Part shown: positions 61,201-64,000 of the stretch, piece after piece
Numbering within the stretch: the stretch's first letter is position 1
Layout: every line of letters begins with the position of its first letter
Assembly (NCBI RefSeq): GCF_018350175.1
Contig: NC_058383.1
Span: 19,966,001 to 20,030,000 of the forward strand
DNA length: 64,000 nt
DNA from: Felis catus
Taxonomy: Eukaryota
Direction: 5' to 3'
The notes under the pieces: model-generated
The model's input: the letters and a program-made list of their open reading frames with translations, nothing else
Databases searched by the model: none
What the model was told of the DNA's origin: nothing
Translations under genes and position numbers: made by a program

Positions 61201-61799
61201 TGCGTCTTTAGGCCTGCATGTTGCCCGTAGGCGCTGCCCGAAGTTTCTCCGGGCTGAGACTGGCTCTTCTCCCCGCAGATAAAGAGTCAGGGTTTCTGGA
61301 ATGTACTTTCCGAAGCGTTCAGTGATGCCGAGGGAGGGCGGTGTGGAGGCCTCCTTCAGGCACCATTTATATGGGTAGAATCTGGTGCCTTCTAAAACAT
61401 CAAACCCAGTCCTTGGTTTTATCATTACTCCTTTTCACCCCGGCTGGCATCACCGCCCCCCCCCCCCCCCCCCCGCCTGGAAGCCGGGCCAAGGGGAAGG
61501 GCGGCCTTGCCGCGGTCTCACTGCCGCAGAATATGTGCCCGGGAGATGACTGTGCTTCTCTTTCGCATTCTAACCAAAGCCTCTTTCAAGCTCTTGCCAA
61601 AGCAGAATTCCGCTGGAACCAGGACGTTGCCACCTGCGAACTCTGAGCATCACCATGGCCAGGAATGGACTGAGGCCACGTGCCGTGTACCTGGCCCTCT
61701 TTGAGTAGATTTTATATTGTCTGCTCAAGTCAACGTCCTCTTCCTCTTTGTCACCTGCCCTTTCTGCTCCCCCTCCCCCCTCCCCAAAGTGGCATTCAC

Positions 61800-62232
61800 T
61801 GTGAAGTGTCACGAGAATCCATTTTCTTCCACAGCAGTGGAGTCACACGTGGGCACATGGATGCCCATCCAGGGACTGTGGTTCCAAGTCTCCCTTGCGA
61901 CTGGGTGGGACCCTGGCTAAGCTCTTTTCCAGTGGAATGTGAACAGATGTGATGTGAGCCGCTTTCGGCATTGACCCACAAAACCTCCAAGGGCCAGGCC
62001 TCGCTGCTCCTTCTCACCTCCCGTGATAAGAACGAAACGATCAGAGAGATCTAGGTCGTGTTGAAGAAGAAAAGTCACCATTAGCCTGGGTCCCTGAACC
62101 CTGGGTGCGGAGTAGAGCACCTGCCGATATGAGGAACCTTCCCTAGATGACAATGAGGGAGAAACTTCTACTGTGTTTGAGCTATTATTTTGGGGGGTCT
62201 GTTACAATACCTGAGCCTATCCTGACTGATAC
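61800..62232 (+). mobile_element. MaLR LTR (MLT1-type, old)
   Basis: ctcccttgc..ccagtggaatgtga..gcctgggtccctgaa..gagaaacttctactgtg..ctatcctgactgatac. Confidence 0.75.
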
Positions 62233-62484
62233 GTCATCTAGTTGAGAGCTTCAGGCCGTGCACAAACTGAACAGTCCTACCACCTACTGAAATGTTAGCT
62301 CCTTGATCTAACTCATCCTTCATTTTCCCGCCCCCAATGGGTATCGACCACAGAAGTAATACATGTTTATTGTAAAAATAGACAACGAAGACTTGCGCAA
62401 AGAATTAAGTTTCAATTGCTGTTAATTACACCATCCACAAATAACCACCCTAAACCTTTTTCTCTATTTTATTCTTTACTGTTA

Positions 62485-62710
62485 TTTAATTTTTTTTTAA
62501 TTTAAATTTATTACATTTATTTTTGAGACAGAGGGAGAGAGAGCGCGAGCAGGGGAAGGGCAGAGAGAAAGCGAGACGTTGAGTCCGAAGCAGACTTCAG
62601 ACTTCGCTCTGTCAGCACAGGGCCTGATGCGGGGCTTGAACACACGAGCTATGAGATCGGGACCTGAGCCGAAGTTGGACGCTTAACCGACTGGGCCACC
62701 CGGGTGCCCC
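62485..62710 (-). mobile_element. SINEC_Fc (diverged)
   Basis: SINE consensus. Confidence 0.9.
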
Positions 62711-62744
62711 CACGTTCTTCATTAAATACACACATTTGCAAAGA

Positions 62745-63730
62745 CTATTTTTACTGAAGCATAAGATATATAAAGTAAGGTTCACAAATCATAAATGGAC
62801 AGCTTAGTGAATTTTCATAAGGTGAATCCTCCCTTATAACTAGCAACTGTATCAAGAAACAGAACTTTCCTGCGCTTAAGAGACATTACTCTTACCCCAT
62901 TCCAATTGTTAATATGCTTTTTAAAGAAATGTAATTGCATTACGATTCCCACTGTTTTGTTTTTATTGAGAGTTCATCGATATGTAACATTATATTAGTT
63001 TTAGGTGTATAACAAATAATTCGACATTTACATACATTGCAAAAAGATCACCACTAATAAGTCTAGTTAACATCTGTCACCATATATGGTTACAAAAAGC
63101 TTTTTGTGTAATGAGAACAGACATGCTCCTTTTTAAAACAGAGATTTGACTCAACACTCTTTGTACACTGATTCCTAAGAATTACTAATATATCAAAAAC
63201 TTCTTTCCATGTCAATGTGTAGATACCTATCATGATCATTAATAATTAATAATATGGGAGCACCTGGGTGACTCCGTCGGTTGGGCTTCTGACCCTTATT
63301 TTTGGCTCAGGTCATGATCCCAGGGTCATGGGATCGAGCCCCACACTGGGCCCTGCCCTGAAAGGACAGAGCCTGCTTGAGATTCTCTCTTCCTCTCTCT
63401 CTGTCCCTTCCCTGCTCGCAATCTGTCTCTCTCTCAAAATAAACATTTTTTTTAAAGAAGAGAGGAAACTTTATAAAAAAAAGAATTAATACTATGCCAT
63501 TTAATGCGTCATAATGTATTTAATGTACACATTTTGGTTACGTCTTTCTTGCTACTGAAAACAATACTGCAAATGAGAATTCTTGTACATGCATCTTTCA
63601 ACATTTTTTTCCTCCTAAAAAGGCAACCATAGAAATCAGCTTATTGGATCAAAGTATAAACACCTTAGGGGTTTTGAAAACACATTTTTAACTTTCTCAA
63701 CAGAAGGATTGTACCAGCCAATACTCCTGT
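62745..63730 (-). mobile_element. Several L1 3' fragments
   Basis: cacaaatcataa..gtgaattttca; aacattatattagttttaggtgta..aagtctagttaacatctgtcacc. Confidence 0.65.
63256..63483 (+). mobile_element. Can-SINE (older)
   Basis: SINE consensus; imperfect TSD aattaataatatg/aattaatactatg. Confidence 0.9.
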
Positions 63731-64000
63731 TCCGCCACCCCCTCAAACACACGCTGTTCTTATATACCCGTCCCCTCTTGGAGCAAGTTCCAGTGTTTTG
63801 GCTGAACATTTGCACTTCGTTCCCTACTTCTGGCCATACTTCCTGACCCTCCTGGCAACTAGGGCGGTCATATGACCCAGGCCTGACCAATCATCGCATT
63901 CTTTGGAATGGGCCATCATCCAAGCACAGCCAATGAAGAGTTCTTCCTTGAGATTTGTATCCGAACAACGGAAAAGAGACATCTCTATCCACTACATTTG

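Overview
Non-coding mammalian DNA from a felid (cat family): it carries about 48 tRNA-derived Can-SINEs of the feline SINEC_Fc type. The rest is LINE-1 fragments of several ages, L2, MIR and L3 relics, ERVL/MaLR solo LTRs, hAT-Charlie DNA-transposon relics, microsatellites, and a few repeat-free islands that look like cis-regulatory elements. I found no credible host protein-coding exon, intact RNA gene or CRISPR array. The only ORFs with recognisable homology are decayed L1 ORF2 pieces. I cannot name the locus and see no convincing new biological system. The most notable items are retrotransposition oddities: (1) a tailless 25-28 nt U6 snRNA retrocopy with a perfect 17-bp TSD (40516-40574); (2) a ~1.1 kb foreign AT-rich insert, carrying older repeats, inside L1 ORF2 (10538-11618); (3) three 5'-inverted (twin-primed) L1 insertions; (4) a perfect 78-bp inverted SINE pair only 151 nt apart; (5) a 35:13 SINE strand bias. 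Repeat family names come from recalled consensus sequences, not a database search. Boundaries of old repeats are approximate.
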